DNA of 50,944 nt from Candidatus Dormiibacterota bacterium (GCA_013044295.1 JABEUU010000086.1:1-50944), one strand, 5' to 3'; numbered from the stretch's first letter, positions 34,700 through 44,480 are shown. Made by a program: numbers and translations. Notes: generated by a model not told the origin, from the sequence alone.

Positions 34700-36376
34700 T
34701 CAGCCACCGACGAAGCTTGGGGGCCCGGCCTGGAGCCCGTCGATCGAGTCAAACGCGGTCAGCGCCACCGCCCCACTGCCGTCCTCGTTGGCCAGGAACA
34801 GCTGGACGTAGCCACCCTGGCTTCGGGTGTAGGCCAGCTGGCGCCCGGAGACGTTCACCGCCGCGGCCAACGGGTACTCGCCCCGGGTTGGGCCAACAAT
34901 CACAGACTGGGTCCCGGTGGTGATCGCCAGGGAGGCCAGGCCGGCTGACGCGGTGCGCACCAGGATGGTGCCGGCACTGAGGAAGGCCAGCGGCTGCCCC
35001 GAGTTGCGGAGAAGCTGGCTCAACGGGTTGGTGGAGTTGGCGGGTTGGTAGAGCCACACCGCCGGCGAGGGGCCGGTGCCGACTGAGAAGCCGAGGCTGT
35101 TGCCAGACGGCGACCAGACCGGGTTGCCCTCGGCGGCGGTCGATGAGCTCGAGGTCGCCAGGTAGGTGACCGCTCTGAGGGTCGGGCTGAGCAGGGCGAT
35201 ACGCGGATTGGACCCAGCCGGGATCGCCACTGCGGCGAGGACCTCACTGTCCGGTCTCCACGCCAGTGGGCCCTGCAGGCTGGCCAGGGCGCTCAGTGTC
35301 ACAGAGGCATCGGTGGCCACGGTGAAGACCCGCAGTGCTCCGCCCGACAGGAAGGCCAGCTGCTGGCTGTCGGGACTCCACTGAGCCCCGGTGCTGGCGG
35401 TGCTGCCCAGCACCAGACTGACCTTGCCAGTGCCCAGATCGGTCACCTGGATGGCGTTTTTCCCGGCCAGCTCGGTGGCCAGGAACTTCCCGTTGGGAGA
35501 GCCCAGCGCGAAGCTGAACTGCTGGCCCGCGGGAGCCGTGGCCAGCACGCGCAGGGTGGGCGGGTCCCCGGGCACCTGAGGTGGGGAGGCCGCCAGCACC
35601 TGGGTGTAGGAGTTGGCGGTCGGACCCGCCAGGAAATCGATCGCGGTGGAACTGCCCAGCCGGCCGACCGTGAACTTGGTCACCACGCGCGCCTGCAGGT
35701 GGTTGCCGTCGATGTCCAGGGCGGCCCTGGTGACCGTCAGGGTGTAGGTGGTGCTGGGCTGCAGCGGGTGCACCGGCTCGACCAAAAAGCGCCCGGCCAC
35801 GGTGGGGTTGGGCTGAATCGTGTACCCACCTGCAGGTGCCGGGGAGAGGGAGATCGCTCCGGACAGAGATTCGGGATTCATCGCCCGGTCAAAGTTCACC
35901 GCGATCGCCTGATCAGGACCCAGAGTGCCTCCTGAGGTGGGGAACGTCGAACTCAGCGAGGGTCCGCCCTCGGTCGAGAATGCCCAGGAATGGGACAACG
36001 GGTTCACGGCCCCGGCTGCCGACTCAATGTTGCCGGCCAGTTCCACCGTATAGGTGGTGACGGTGGCCAGGGGATGGCGGGGATGAAGCAGTCGCATCAC
36101 CCGCCCTCCGTCGGCCCATTGGAAGCTGCAACCGGTGCGCCCGCCCCGAGCCGCCACCGCAATCGCGCACCCCGGCGGGGGGCTGCCCTTGCGGCTGCGG
36201 ATCTTGAGGGCGCGCTCTACCGATGAGGCTCTCATCGGTACGCTGAAGGTGATCACGATGGGGACGTCGGTATGGACTGCGCCCTGGCTGGGAACGGGTG
36301 AGACCGCGGTTATCTGGGGGGGCTGCAACGGCCCGCAGCCGGCGAGCACGCCCAGCAGGCTACCGGCCAGGGCCAC
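34700..36376 (-). CDS. Secreted/lipoprotein with N-terminal Ig-like (SbsA-type) domains and a TolB-like beta-propeller
   Basis: The lipobox is LGVLAGCG. Two PxxGAxxVxxxxxIxxxFSxPM-type Ig-like segments are present. The WSPDSQQLAF / WRPDSEVLA / WSPSGNSLGF repeats are PD40-like. Confidence 0.7.
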   Translation of the reverse strand: MALAGSLLGVLAGCGPLQPPQITAVSPVPSQGAVHTDVPIVITFSVPMRASSVERALKIRSRKGSPPPGCAIAVAARGGRTGCSFQWADGGRVMRLLHPRHPLATVTTYTVELAGNIESAAGAVNPLSHSWAFSTEGGPSLSSTFPTSGGTLGPDQAIAVNFDRAMNPESLSGAISLSPAPAGGYTIQPNPTVAGRFLVEPVHPLQPSTTYTLTVTRAALDIDGNHLQARVVTKFTVGRLGSSTAIDFLAGPTANSYTQVLAASPPQVPGDPPTLRVLATAPAGQQFSFALGSPNGKFLATELAGKNAIQVTDLGTGKVSLVLGSTASTGAQWSPDSQQLAFLSGGALRVFTVATDASVTLSALASLQGPLAWRPDSEVLAAVAIPAGSNPRIALLSPTLRAVTYLATSSSSTAAEGNPVWSPSGNSLGFSVGTGPSPAVWLYQPANSTNPLSQLLRNSGQPLAFLSAGTILVRTASAGLASLAITTGTQSVIVGPTRGEYPLAAAVNVSGRQLAYTRSQGGYVQLFLANEDGSGAVALTAFDSIDGLQAGPPSFVGG

Positions 36377-36435
36377 CGCCGCCAGGGGCCGACACCCATG
36401 GGGGCACCACCGTGCCCCAGCTCGACGAACGACGG

Positions 36436-37758
36436 TCAGCCGATCTCCGCGAGGTCGATTGCAGTCAGCGCCTGGGGCGGGGCTGAGACAACGTCGATCC
36501 GCGACTCCCGTTCGGTGCAGAATGCGGACGCCACCTGCGCTCCCTCGGTCAGCTCCGGGGCGGAGCTGGAGTAACTGCCTCTGACGGTGCCCTCGGTGAG
36601 CAGGGCGACCGCGACCTGATCTCCTTGGCTGACCAGGATCCCGCCTCCGATGTGCTGGTCCTCGATGTACTCAAGGAGAGCGTCGAAGTCGACGATCCGG
36701 GCTGGCAGGTTCACGAAGGCGGTGCTGGCGACGAGGAGCGAGGCGACCGACACCACCAGCTCGGCCGGCAGCTCGACTGCGTCGATCAGTCCCTGCCCAA
36801 GGCTGACCGTCCGGACCACCTCCTGGATCGCGGTCTTGCCCCGACGATAGTTGCCGTCCGCGCGCTGCTGGGCCTGGACGATGTCGCCCTCGCGGAACAG
36901 AATGTGGGCCCGGCTGCGGTTGTCGCCCTCGCCGGTCACGCTCACGTAGCCCGAAAAGCCATCCTGGCTGAGGGTCTTGAGCAGCATTGGAAAGTTCAGG
37001 AACGATGCCTTCAAACCCGAGTGCAGGCTGGGACCTCCGGGCAGTGGCACCAGCACCGACAGCTGGGTGCGCGTCGCCCCCGCCACGGGCTTAGGGGGTG
37101 GCCCGGACGGCCCCGGTCTCACCGGCTGGCGGAGCGTGCTGGCTCCAGCTGGGCGGGTGGGCTGAGTCGGTGCCGAACTCGGAATCGAGGCGGCTCGGGT
37201 GACCGGGGACGCGGCTGGTGCCGCAGGGCGCGGCCTGAACTCGGCGGTCGGCGGGAACGGCGGCTGGGCTGCGGGCACCGGGGCCTGGTACGGCGGGATA
37301 TCGCTCATCTCCTCCTCCGGTTCGCTCATGGGACTGGCGGCTATCGAGTCCAGCCAGTCACTGCCGCTCGCCGCCGAGCTGCTGGGGGCGATCGGACCGG
37401 GATAGGCCATCGAACTGGCAGGCTCATTGCCGATCCGGACCGGCTCCGCTGTCGCGGCCGGCTGGCTCTCCCACCGGGACACCAGGTCCTCGGTGGAGCT
37501 GTTGATGGTTTCCTCTGGAGGAAGCTTCGCGCGCGGGTTGAAGTTGTACTGGCCGGATGTCCAGCCCAGCACGGTCAACACCGCCGGCTCACCTTCAACG
37601 CCGTCGCCGACGGCATGGAACAGGTGCCCGAATAGGAAGTGAAGCGAGCATTGCCGGTCCCCACTCTCGACCGCGAGCGTGCCGGTGGCCCGCTCCTGCT
37701 GCATGGTCTGGAGCAGTTCTGCGACTGTCGTTGGCCCGAGGCTACCCTGGTTCTGCAC
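36436..37758 (-). CDS. DUF4388-domain protein (two related modules joined by a Pro-rich linker)
   Basis: The N-terminal segment TGTLAVESGDRQCSLHFLFGHLFHAVGDGVEGEPAVLTVLGW is DUF4388-like. A P/A/S-rich linker of about 130 aa follows. The second module is FSGYVSVTGEGDNRSRAHILFREGDIVQA. Confidence 0.6.
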   Translation of the reverse strand: MQNQGSLGPTTVAELLQTMQQERATGTLAVESGDRQCSLHFLFGHLFHAVGDGVEGEPAVLTVLGWTSGQYNFNPRAKLPPEETINSSTEDLVSRWESQPAATAEPVRIGNEPASSMAYPGPIAPSSSAASGSDWLDSIAASPMSEPEEEMSDIPPYQAPVPAAQPPFPPTAEFRPRPAAPAASPVTRAASIPSSAPTQPTRPAGASTLRQPVRPGPSGPPPKPVAGATRTQLSVLVPLPGGPSLHSGLKASFLNFPMLLKTLSQDGFSGYVSVTGEGDNRSRAHILFREGDIVQAQQRADGNYRRGKTAIQEVVRTVSLGQGLIDAVELPAELVVSVASLLVASTAFVNLPARIVDFDALLEYIEDQHIGGGILVSQGDQVAVALLTEGTVRGSYSSSAPELTEGAQVASAFCTERESRIDVVSAPPQALTAIDLAEIG

Positions 37759-38088
37759 TGTGCGGACTCACTCCTGCCGGTCCCGGCTTGCGCCCGGCCG
37801 TCCCTCCCCGATTGGTCGGCGCGATACTACCATAGGGTCGCGGGCTGTCGAATGTGATCTGATCTTAAACCGGTGCCCACGCCTCTGGTCAGATGTTCGC
37901 ACATGCTTGGCTCCCCCGCCAGTGTCCATCTCCAGCCCGAGGCTCACCCCCGCCGGTCTCAAACTCTCCCAGGGCCCATCTGGCGGCCGTTCTCGACTCT
38001 GCGCCCTTGCCAGCCCAGAGCGGTTCGGAGCCGGCCCCGTGTTCCGCTTCCCTCAGGTATGCCCGTGGCGCCGACGGCGTCTGCCAGA

Positions 38089-39105
38089 ATGGCCGGGCAG
38101 ATGGTGGCAGAACTGGAATTGAGTACGGGGCGGCCCTGGGATGAGCAGCTTCAGCGCTGGCCGAGCGCCAACCTTCTGCAGTCCTACGGCTGGGGAGAGG
38201 TCCAGGCCCAGGCTGGATGGGAGACCCATCGGCTGACGGTGGCCACGGCCGCCGGGCCGCTCCCGGTCACCGCTTTGGTGGGCGCGACGGGCATTCCCGG
38301 AACAACTCGGATCTATGTGCCCCGAGGCCCGGTCTGCGGCCCCGGCGACGCTCCCGCCTTCGCCGCGGCCGCCGCTGCGCTGGTGGCCCTGGGCCGTCGC
38401 TGCCGCGCGCTCACGCTGGAGGTGGAGGTTCCGTGGTCGGCCGCTGAGGTCGCGGCCGACCACGAGTTCTGGAGCTGGCAGCCGGTGCCGGCGCGCCAAC
38501 CGCTGGCGACCGTGGTGGTCGACCTGGCCCCGCCGGCGGAGCAGATCCTGGGGTCCTTTCACGCCAAGACTCGATACAATGTGAAGCTCGCGGAGCGCCG
38601 CGGCGTGGTGGTGCGGCCGGGCTCCCTGACGGACCTGATCAGCTGCGTCCGGGCCACCGAGACGCGGCAGGGCATCCATCTCCCGTCGGAGCGGCACCTG
38701 CGAACCGTGAGCGAGGTGCTGGGGCCCGCGATCCGGGTACTGGTCGCCGAGGTGGCGGGCGAGGTGGCCGCGGCAGTGATGCTGGCGCGCTGGGAGGAAG
38801 ATGTGATCTACCTCTACGGAGGGGCTACCGGCGGCCACCGGCAGGACATGCCCAACCATCTGCTGCACTGGCGCGCGATGATGCAGGCGCGCGAGGAGGG
38901 TTGCACACACTATGACCTTTGGGGAATCCCCGAGACCGACAGCCCAGACCACCCGTGGCGGGGGCTGGCCCAGTTCAAGCTCGGGTTCGGCGGCCGGCGG
39001 ATTGTTTACGCGGGCTGTCGCCGCCGCGATCTGCGCCCAGCGGGTGGCCGGCTGGTGGGTGTGATGGACCGAGTGCGGCGCCGGGCGCGGCGGCTGTCCG
39101 GGTGA
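38089..39105 (+). CDS. FemAB-family aminoacyltransferase (second paralogue)
   Basis: Motifs are LLQSYGWGEVQ, FHAKTRYNVKLAERRG, YLYGGATGGHRQDMPNHLLHWRAMMQAREEGCTHYDLWGIP and FKLGFGG. The start is ATG 38089 or 38101. Upstream, the track ORF looks non-coding. Confidence 0.8.
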   Translation: MAGQMVAELELSTGRPWDEQLQRWPSANLLQSYGWGEVQAQAGWETHRLTVATAAGPLPVTALVGATGIPGTTRIYVPRGPVCGPGDAPAFAAAAAALVALGRRCRALTLEVEVPWSAAEVAADHEFWSWQPVPARQPLATVVVDLAPPAEQILGSFHAKTRYNVKLAERRGVVVRPGSLTDLISCVRATETRQGIHLPSERHLRTVSEVLGPAIRVLVAEVAGEVAAAVMLARWEEDVIYLYGGATGGHRQDMPNHLLHWRAMMQAREEGCTHYDLWGIPETDSPDHPWRGLAQFKLGFGGRRIVYAGCRRRDLRPAGGRLVGVMDRVRRRARRLSG

Positions 39106-39743
39106 GGAGGGATGGATCCGCCCGAGATCAGGAGGAAGATATCCCCTACTTTCCCACCTACGAAGAGATCGCCTCCGAGCTGCTCGAGGGGCTCGAGGTG
39201 GCTGGGCTGCTGGTCCAGGACGTCGGCCACGAATTGGAGCCGAGCACCGGGGAGCGCACATTTCAGTGCGTGGTGAGGCTGCCCTCCAGCGACCCGCCCC
39301 ATCGCTACCTGGGCACCATGCACTTTCACTGGGACGCACTGCTCACCTACGTGGGCACCTACGGCCCGGGCAGCGAGTGTGACCTCTACCACGATGACGA
39401 CGAACCCTGCTCCCATGGCGGCGCCCAGCCCCACCCCGGGGTGGAGCTGGTGGCGGAGTACGACCTCGGAGATGGGGGTTACGAGCTTCGCGAGCTGGGG
39501 GAGGTTCAAGCCTGGATCGACACCGTCGAGACCCTGCTGGCTCGGGCGCTGCCCGCCCAGGACGGCCGGGTGGTGCATCTGGGGCTCGCCATCCGCGACG
39601 GCAATATCTGGGTCGACCGCTTCGTGGCGGAGCAGGCCTGGTATCTGGACCTGAGCGAGTCTCCGGACCTGACCCTGATCTGCCGCGCCGTCGAAGCCAC
39701 TCTCAAAGTAACTCCATCCCTGGCCGATCGGCTACCTCTCTGA
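39102..39743 (+). CDS. Hypothetical acidic protein (orphan)
   Basis: GTG 39102 overlaps the FemAB stop (GTGA). No family was recognised. The 3' end overlaps folK convergently by 41 nt. Confidence 0.45.
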   Translation: MRRDGSARDQEEDIPYFPTYEEIASELLEGLEVAGLLVQDVGHELEPSTGERTFQCVVRLPSSDPPHRYLGTMHFHWDALLTYVGTYGPGSECDLYHDDDEPCSHGGAQPHPGVELVAEYDLGDGGYELRELGEVQAWIDTVETLLARALPAQDGRVVHLGLAIRDGNIWVDRFVAEQAWYLDLSESPDLTLICRAVEATLKVTPSLADRLPL

Positions 39744-40212
39744 CCGGGACCGGTCGAGCCCAGGCCCTCCGCAGCCGAGCCGAGGCCAGCTCGCCGATCG
39801 TGGCGTGCCAGCCGGGAGGGGTCCAGTGCGGGACCAGGGCCGCCGCGCCGGCCAGCAGGAAAGGCCGGTCCAAAAGGGCCCGATGGGGGATCGAAAGTTC
39901 GGGGCTCGAGATTGCCACGCCCGCCACCAGGATCACGTCCACGTCCAGCCGCCGGGGGCCCTTGTCCACCGAACGCACCCTGCCGGCCCTGATCTCCGCC
40001 AGCTGGGCGACCCGGAGCCACCCCCACCCATCCCAGCGCCCCTGGACCAGCAGCATCTGATTCAGGAAGTCGGGCTGAGGGGGGCCCCCGACCGGGAGGG
40101 TGTTCCAGCGGGGAGTGCTGGCCAGCTCCACGGCACCCAGTTCATGGAGGGTCTCCCGGGCATGGTCGAGCCACCTGCCCCTGGGGTCCAGGTTGCTGCC
40201 CAGGGCCAGCAC
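39703..40212 (-). CDS. folK: 2-amino-4-hydroxy-6-hydroxymethyldihydropteridine diphosphokinase
   Basis: Motifs are LALGSNL, PQPDFLNQMLLV, RRLDVDVILV and LSIPHRALLDRPFLL. Confidence 0.85.
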   Translation of the reverse strand: MLALGSNLDPRGRWLDHARETLHELGAVELASTPRWNTLPVGGPPQPDFLNQMLLVQGRWDGWGWLRVAQLAEIRAGRVRSVDKGPRRLDVDVILVAGVAISSPELSIPHRALLDRPFLLAGAAALVPHWTPPGWHATIGELASARLRRAWARPVPVREVADRPGMELL

Positions 40213-40255
40213 AGCCTGGGTGGGCGCGCCGCCTGCGGAGGGCTTCAGAGCCGCC

Positions 40256-41347
40256 TCAGCCGGACCGGTGACGGGCCAGCCGGTCGGTCACCCGGGCCAC
40301 GTCGCGCATCGCGGCCACATCGTGGACCCTGACCACGTCGGCGCCCCGTGCGGCCGCCCAGGCGACGGTGGCGGCGGTTCCCATGAGACGGCCTCCGACC
40401 GGCCGATTGTCCAGCATCCAACCGACCATGGACTTGCGGGACGTGCCCACCAAGAGGGGCCGCCCCAGCAGCCTGAACTCATCCAGATGGGTCAGCAACT
40501 CCAGGCTCTGCTGGGGTGTCTTGCCGAACCCCAAACCGGGGTCCACCAGGACCCGGTCCCCCGAAATGCCGGCTTCGACCGCCAGCCGCTGGGACTCTCG
40601 GAGCCCGGCCAGGACCTCGCCTCGAAGGTCCTGGTAGGTGACCCCCTGCTGATTGTGCATGCAGACCACGGCGGCATCAGCAGCCGCGACCACCGCGGCC
40701 ATCTCCGGATCGCCGCGCAAGCCCCAGATGTCGTTGACCGCGACCGCCCCCGCGCCCAGGGCCGCCCGGGCCACCCCCGCCTTGGCGGTGTCGACAAAGA
40801 GCGGCACTTCGAACTCGGCCGCCAACATCTCCAGGACTGGGACCACCCGGCGGAGTTCCTCGGCGATGGGGACCTCCTGGTGGCCAGGTCGGGTGCTCTC
40901 GCCACCGACGTCGATGGCGTCGACTCCTTCGGCCACCAGCTCCCGGGCGCGACCCCGGGCGGCCTCCAACGAGGCGCCGACCCCGTCACCGCTGAAGGAG
41001 TCGGGAGTCACGTTCAGGACACCGAGCAGGTAGGTGCGGCGGCCGAACTCCCAGCGGGCGCCGCCCAAGCGCAGCGGCGGTGGCGGGCGACGCAAGGCCC
41101 GGGCCGCGTTCGCGAGCGCGCGCCCAGACGAGCCCAGGCGAAGGCCCAGGGCAGCCAGCTCGGCCAGCGTCCCGGTGACGACCGGATCCCCAGTCGCATC
41201 CTCCAGGCTGACCCCGGGCGGGAGCGCACCTGGCCAGACGGTGGGGTCGACGGGTCCTGGCAGAAGCAGCCGGGCCCAGGGGCCGCTGGGCCCTGGGCCC
41301 TGGGCCAGCAGACGGACCTCGGACGGCTCAGCCGGGGGCACGGACAT
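40256..41347 (-). CDS. folP: Dihydropteroate synthase with an N-terminal extension of about 85-110 aa
   Basis: Motifs are LGVLNVTPDSFSGDG, DVGGESTRPG, VNDIWGLRGD, DPGLGFGKT and VGTSRKS. The first in-frame ATG is at 41347, and homology starts about 110 aa later. Confidence 0.85.
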   Translation of the reverse strand: MSVPPAEPSEVRLLAQGPGPSGPWARLLLPGPVDPTVWPGALPPGVSLEDATGDPVVTGTLAELAALGLRLGSSGRALANAARALRRPPPPLRLGGARWEFGRRTYLLGVLNVTPDSFSGDGVGASLEAARGRARELVAEGVDAIDVGGESTRPGHQEVPIAEELRRVVPVLEMLAAEFEVPLFVDTAKAGVARAALGAGAVAVNDIWGLRGDPEMAAVVAAADAAVVCMHNQQGVTYQDLRGEVLAGLRESQRLAVEAGISGDRVLVDPGLGFGKTPQQSLELLTHLDEFRLLGRPLLVGTSRKSMVGWMLDNRPVGGRLMGTAATVAWAAARGADVVRVHDVAAMRDVARVTDRLARHRSG

Positions 41348-41404
41348 CGTGTCAGTGTGGCGCACCAACAGCAGCCGTGTGCCTGAGCATAGAATCATCC
41401 CCGC

Positions 41405-43447
41405 ATGGCTGAAGGAGAGCTGAGGCCCATGTTGAATGTAGCCATTCTGGGCCACAGCCACGATGGCAAGACGACCCTGGCGGAGGCGCTGCTGTTCGCA
41501 GCCGGCGCCATTCCGCGCTTGGGCAACACGGACCAGGGCACGGCCACCTTGGACTACGAACCCGAGGAGCAGCACCGCCACATCTCAATCCAGGTCGGCG
41601 TGGCCACCCTCCCCTGGGAGGGCCGCCGGATCACCCTGCTGGACACACCTGGGTTCCAGGACTTCGAGGGCGAGGTGTTGGGTGCGCTGGCGGTCGCGGA
41701 TGCCGCGGTGGTCACCGCCAGCGCCGCCGCCGGCCAGGTCTCCGTGGGGACGGAGGCCGCATGGAGTCACCTGACGAGGCGCCACCTGCCTCGCTTGCTG
41801 GTGATGACCAAGCTGGACAAGGAGCACGCCGACTTCGGGGCGACCCTGTCCGCCCTGCAGGGGCGCCTGAGCCCGCGGGTGGTGGCGCTCGAGGTGCCGA
41901 TAGGCCAGGAGCACGACTTCGTCGGTGCGGTGGACCTGCTCAGCGGCCGTGCCCTGCATTTTGATGACCGTGGCGGGCACCAGGAACAGGCGCTGCCAGC
42001 TGAGCTGGAAGCTGAGGTCGCCGGCCGCCGCCAGGAGTTGGTAGAGGCCATCTGCGAGTCGGACGACGCTCTCCTGGAGCAGTACCTGGATGGCCAGGAG
42101 CCCTCTCCTGAGGCCCTGCTCGAGGCCCTGCGGCGGGCCACCCTGGAGGCCCGGATCGCTCCTCTGCTGGTGGCCGCTCCGGCCAGGGCCCTGGGGGCGA
42201 GGCGGATCCTGGAGGTGCTCGCCTCCTGCCTCTGCAGGGATGAGGAGCCACCGTCAGCGGGGCCGCCCCAGCTGTTGGTCTTCAAGACCGTGGCCGACCC
42301 TTTTGGCAAGGTCTCCTATTTCCGGGTGATGGAGGGCAGCCTGCGCGCCGACGCCCATCTGGCCAATCCCCGGGACGGCCAGGAGGAGCGGATCGCCAGG
42401 CCGCTGCGTCCCAAGGGCAAGACGCTGGAGCCGGTGGACGAGCTGCGGGCGGGAGAGATTGGTGCCGCCACCAAGCTGGTCCACACCGGGACCGGGGACA
42501 CCTTGGGCTCCAAGGGGTGCGCTCAACTGCCCACCATCCAGTTTCCGCCCACCTCCTACACCATGGCGATCCGGCCCAGGAGCAAGGGGGACGAGGACAA
42601 GATTCACCAGGGTCTGCTGCACCTGGTGGAAGAGGACCCGACGCTGCGTCTGGAACAGGACCCGGATACCAAGGAGACGCTCCTGCACGGCTTGGGAGAT
42701 GTCCACTTGGACGTGGCCCTGGAGCGGCTCCGTCGCAAGTACCAGGTGGAGGCGGTCCTGGCCACGCCGCAGGTGCCCTACCGGGAGTCGATTCGGGGCA
42801 GCGCCCGACAGCAGCACCGCTACAAGAAGCAGTCCGGGGGGGCGGGTCTCTATGGGGACTGCACCCTGGAGATTGAGCCGGTTCCTCGCGGGGAGGGCTT
42901 CGTGTTCGAGGATCGGATCGTGGGAGGGGCCATCCCCCAACCATTCCGGCTGTCGGTCGAGAAGGGGGTCCGGCAGGCTCTGGAGCAGGGGGTGCTGGCC
43001 GGTTTTCCGGTGGCCGACGTCAAGGTCCGCTTGGTGGACGGCTCCACCCATCCGGTGGATGGCAAGGACATCGCCTTTCAACTGGCTGGTGCCATGGCTC
43101 TGCGCGAGGCGGTGGAGCAAGCCGGCCCCTACCTGCTGGAGCCGGTCATGGATGTGGAGGTGGTGGTCCCGCAGGACCACATGGGGGATGTGATCGGCCA
43201 TCTCAACGCCCGCCGGGCGCGGATCGGGGGGATGGCGCCAGCCGAGGACGGGCTGGAGACGGTGGCCGCCCAGGTGCCCCTCGCTGAGATGTATCGCTTT
43301 CCCATTGAACTCCGGGCAACCACCCAGGGCAAGGGGCGATATTCGATGACCTTCAGCCACTATGAGGAGGTCCCCGCCCCGGTGGCCCAGCCGATCGTCG
43401 AGGCCCATCGGGCCGCCATGCACTCGAAGGAGATGGCGGCGTCCTGA
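41405..43447 (+). CDS. Elongation factor G paralogue (EF-G2-like translational GTPase)
   Basis: G1 is GHSHDGKTT (not the canonical AHIDAGKTT), G3 is DTPGFQDF and G4 is TKLD. The domain IV/V motifs YRESI, HRYKKQSGGAGLYGD and LLEPVM are present. TAGAAT lies 9 nt before the ATG. Confidence 0.9.
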   Translation: MAEGELRPMLNVAILGHSHDGKTTLAEALLFAAGAIPRLGNTDQGTATLDYEPEEQHRHISIQVGVATLPWEGRRITLLDTPGFQDFEGEVLGALAVADAAVVTASAAAGQVSVGTEAAWSHLTRRHLPRLLVMTKLDKEHADFGATLSALQGRLSPRVVALEVPIGQEHDFVGAVDLLSGRALHFDDRGGHQEQALPAELEAEVAGRRQELVEAICESDDALLEQYLDGQEPSPEALLEALRRATLEARIAPLLVAAPARALGARRILEVLASCLCRDEEPPSAGPPQLLVFKTVADPFGKVSYFRVMEGSLRADAHLANPRDGQEERIARPLRPKGKTLEPVDELRAGEIGAATKLVHTGTGDTLGSKGCAQLPTIQFPPTSYTMAIRPRSKGDEDKIHQGLLHLVEEDPTLRLEQDPDTKETLLHGLGDVHLDVALERLRRKYQVEAVLATPQVPYRESIRGSARQQHRYKKQSGGAGLYGDCTLEIEPVPRGEGFVFEDRIVGGAIPQPFRLSVEKGVRQALEQGVLAGFPVADVKVRLVDGSTHPVDGKDIAFQLAGAMALREAVEQAGPYLLEPVMDVEVVVPQDHMGDVIGHLNARRARIGGMAPAEDGLETVAAQVPLAEMYRFPIELRATTQGKGRYSMTFSHYEEVPAPVAQPIVEAHRAAMHSKEMAAS

Positions 43448-43595
43448 GCCAGAGCGGCCCAGGGGAGGGCGCGGGGCCGGCCATCCTGGTATAACCTCCC
43501 GGGCCGCAGCGGGCGTGCTGTCCAGAGCGCAGTCGCCGGCATCCTGCCTGGTTCGCCTCAATCGGGGCCAGGGCCGCGGTGCCACAGGAGATGAG

Positions 43596-44480
43596 ATGCC
43601 AGTCCGGCAGAGCGTGATTGACACCGCGGATGGGCGGCAACTGGAGGTCTTCGAAGCCGGGTCCGCGGTCGGCCCGGCGATCATGGTCCATCACGGGACG
43701 CCCGGCTCCGGCCTGCTCGCTCCGGCGTGGGTCGAGTACGCGGGCCAGCTCGGGTTGAGGCTGGTGGGATTCAGCCGCCCGGGCTACTCCCGGTCGAGCC
43801 GGCGGGCGGGCAGGAGCGTGGCGCAGGTGGTGGACGACGTCGTGGTCGTGGCGGACGCCCTGGGGCTGGACAAGTTGGCGACCTGGGGCATCTCGGGCGG
43901 CGATCCGCACGCCCTGGCCCGCGCGGCGCTCCTGCCAGAGCGGGTCGTGGCCGCCTCCTGCATCTCCGGGGTAGCGCCCTACCTGGCGGAGGGCCTCGAC
44001 TGGACTGAGGGCATGGGCGAGGCCAACGTCGAGGAGTTCGGGCTCGCGACCGGCGGCAACGACGGCCGCCTCATGGCTGCGCTGGAGGCTGCGGCGGAGG
44101 GGATGCGAGCCGCCTCGCCCGAGCAGATGGTGGGCGAAATCAGCTCGATCCTGTCACCTGAGGATGAGGCCACCATGAGAGGCGACTTCGGCCTTGTGGT
44201 CGCGGATCAAACGCGCCAAGGATTGGCGGAGGGCCCCTTCGGAATGTTCGACGATGACCTCGCCTTCGTCAGCCCCTGGGGCTTCGACCCCGCCTCGATC
44301 CGGGTCCCCACCCAGGTCTGGCAGGGCGGCGAGGATTTGATGGTGCCCGCTGCCCATGGCGCTTGGCTGGCTGCCCGGATCCCAGGGGCCGAGGCCCACC
44401 TGGATCCAACTCTGGGTCATCTGACCGTCGTCGCCACCAGGATTTCCGAGGTCCACCGCTGGCTGCTCGGTCACTTCTAA
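43596..44480 (+). CDS. Alpha/beta-fold hydrolase
   Basis: The oxyanion region is IMVHHGTPGS and the nucleophile elbow is GISGGD. ATG 43596 has an AGGAG SD. Upstream, the track ORF overlaps the end of the EF-G2 gene. Confidence 0.8.
   Translation: MPVRQSVIDTADGRQLEVFEAGSAVGPAIMVHHGTPGSGLLAPAWVEYAGQLGLRLVGFSRPGYSRSSRRAGRSVAQVVDDVVVVADALGLDKLATWGISGGDPHALARAALLPERVVAASCISGVAPYLAEGLDWTEGMGEANVEEFGLATGGNDGRLMAALEAAAEGMRAASPEQMVGEISSILSPEDEATMRGDFGLVVADQTRQGLAEGPFGMFDDDLAFVSPWGFDPASIRVPTQVWQGGEDLMVPAAHGAWLAARIPGAEAHLDPTLGHLTVVATRISEVHRWLLGHF

Noticed and set aside
37759-38088. The 330-bp DUF4388/FemAB spacer, examined for a tRNA, a small RNA or a small ORF.
   Set aside because: No tRNA-like T-arm or anticodon architecture was seen, the ORFs are P/R-rich, and no convincing promoter or structure is present. 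No tRNA- or rRNA-like sequence was recognised anywhere in the window.
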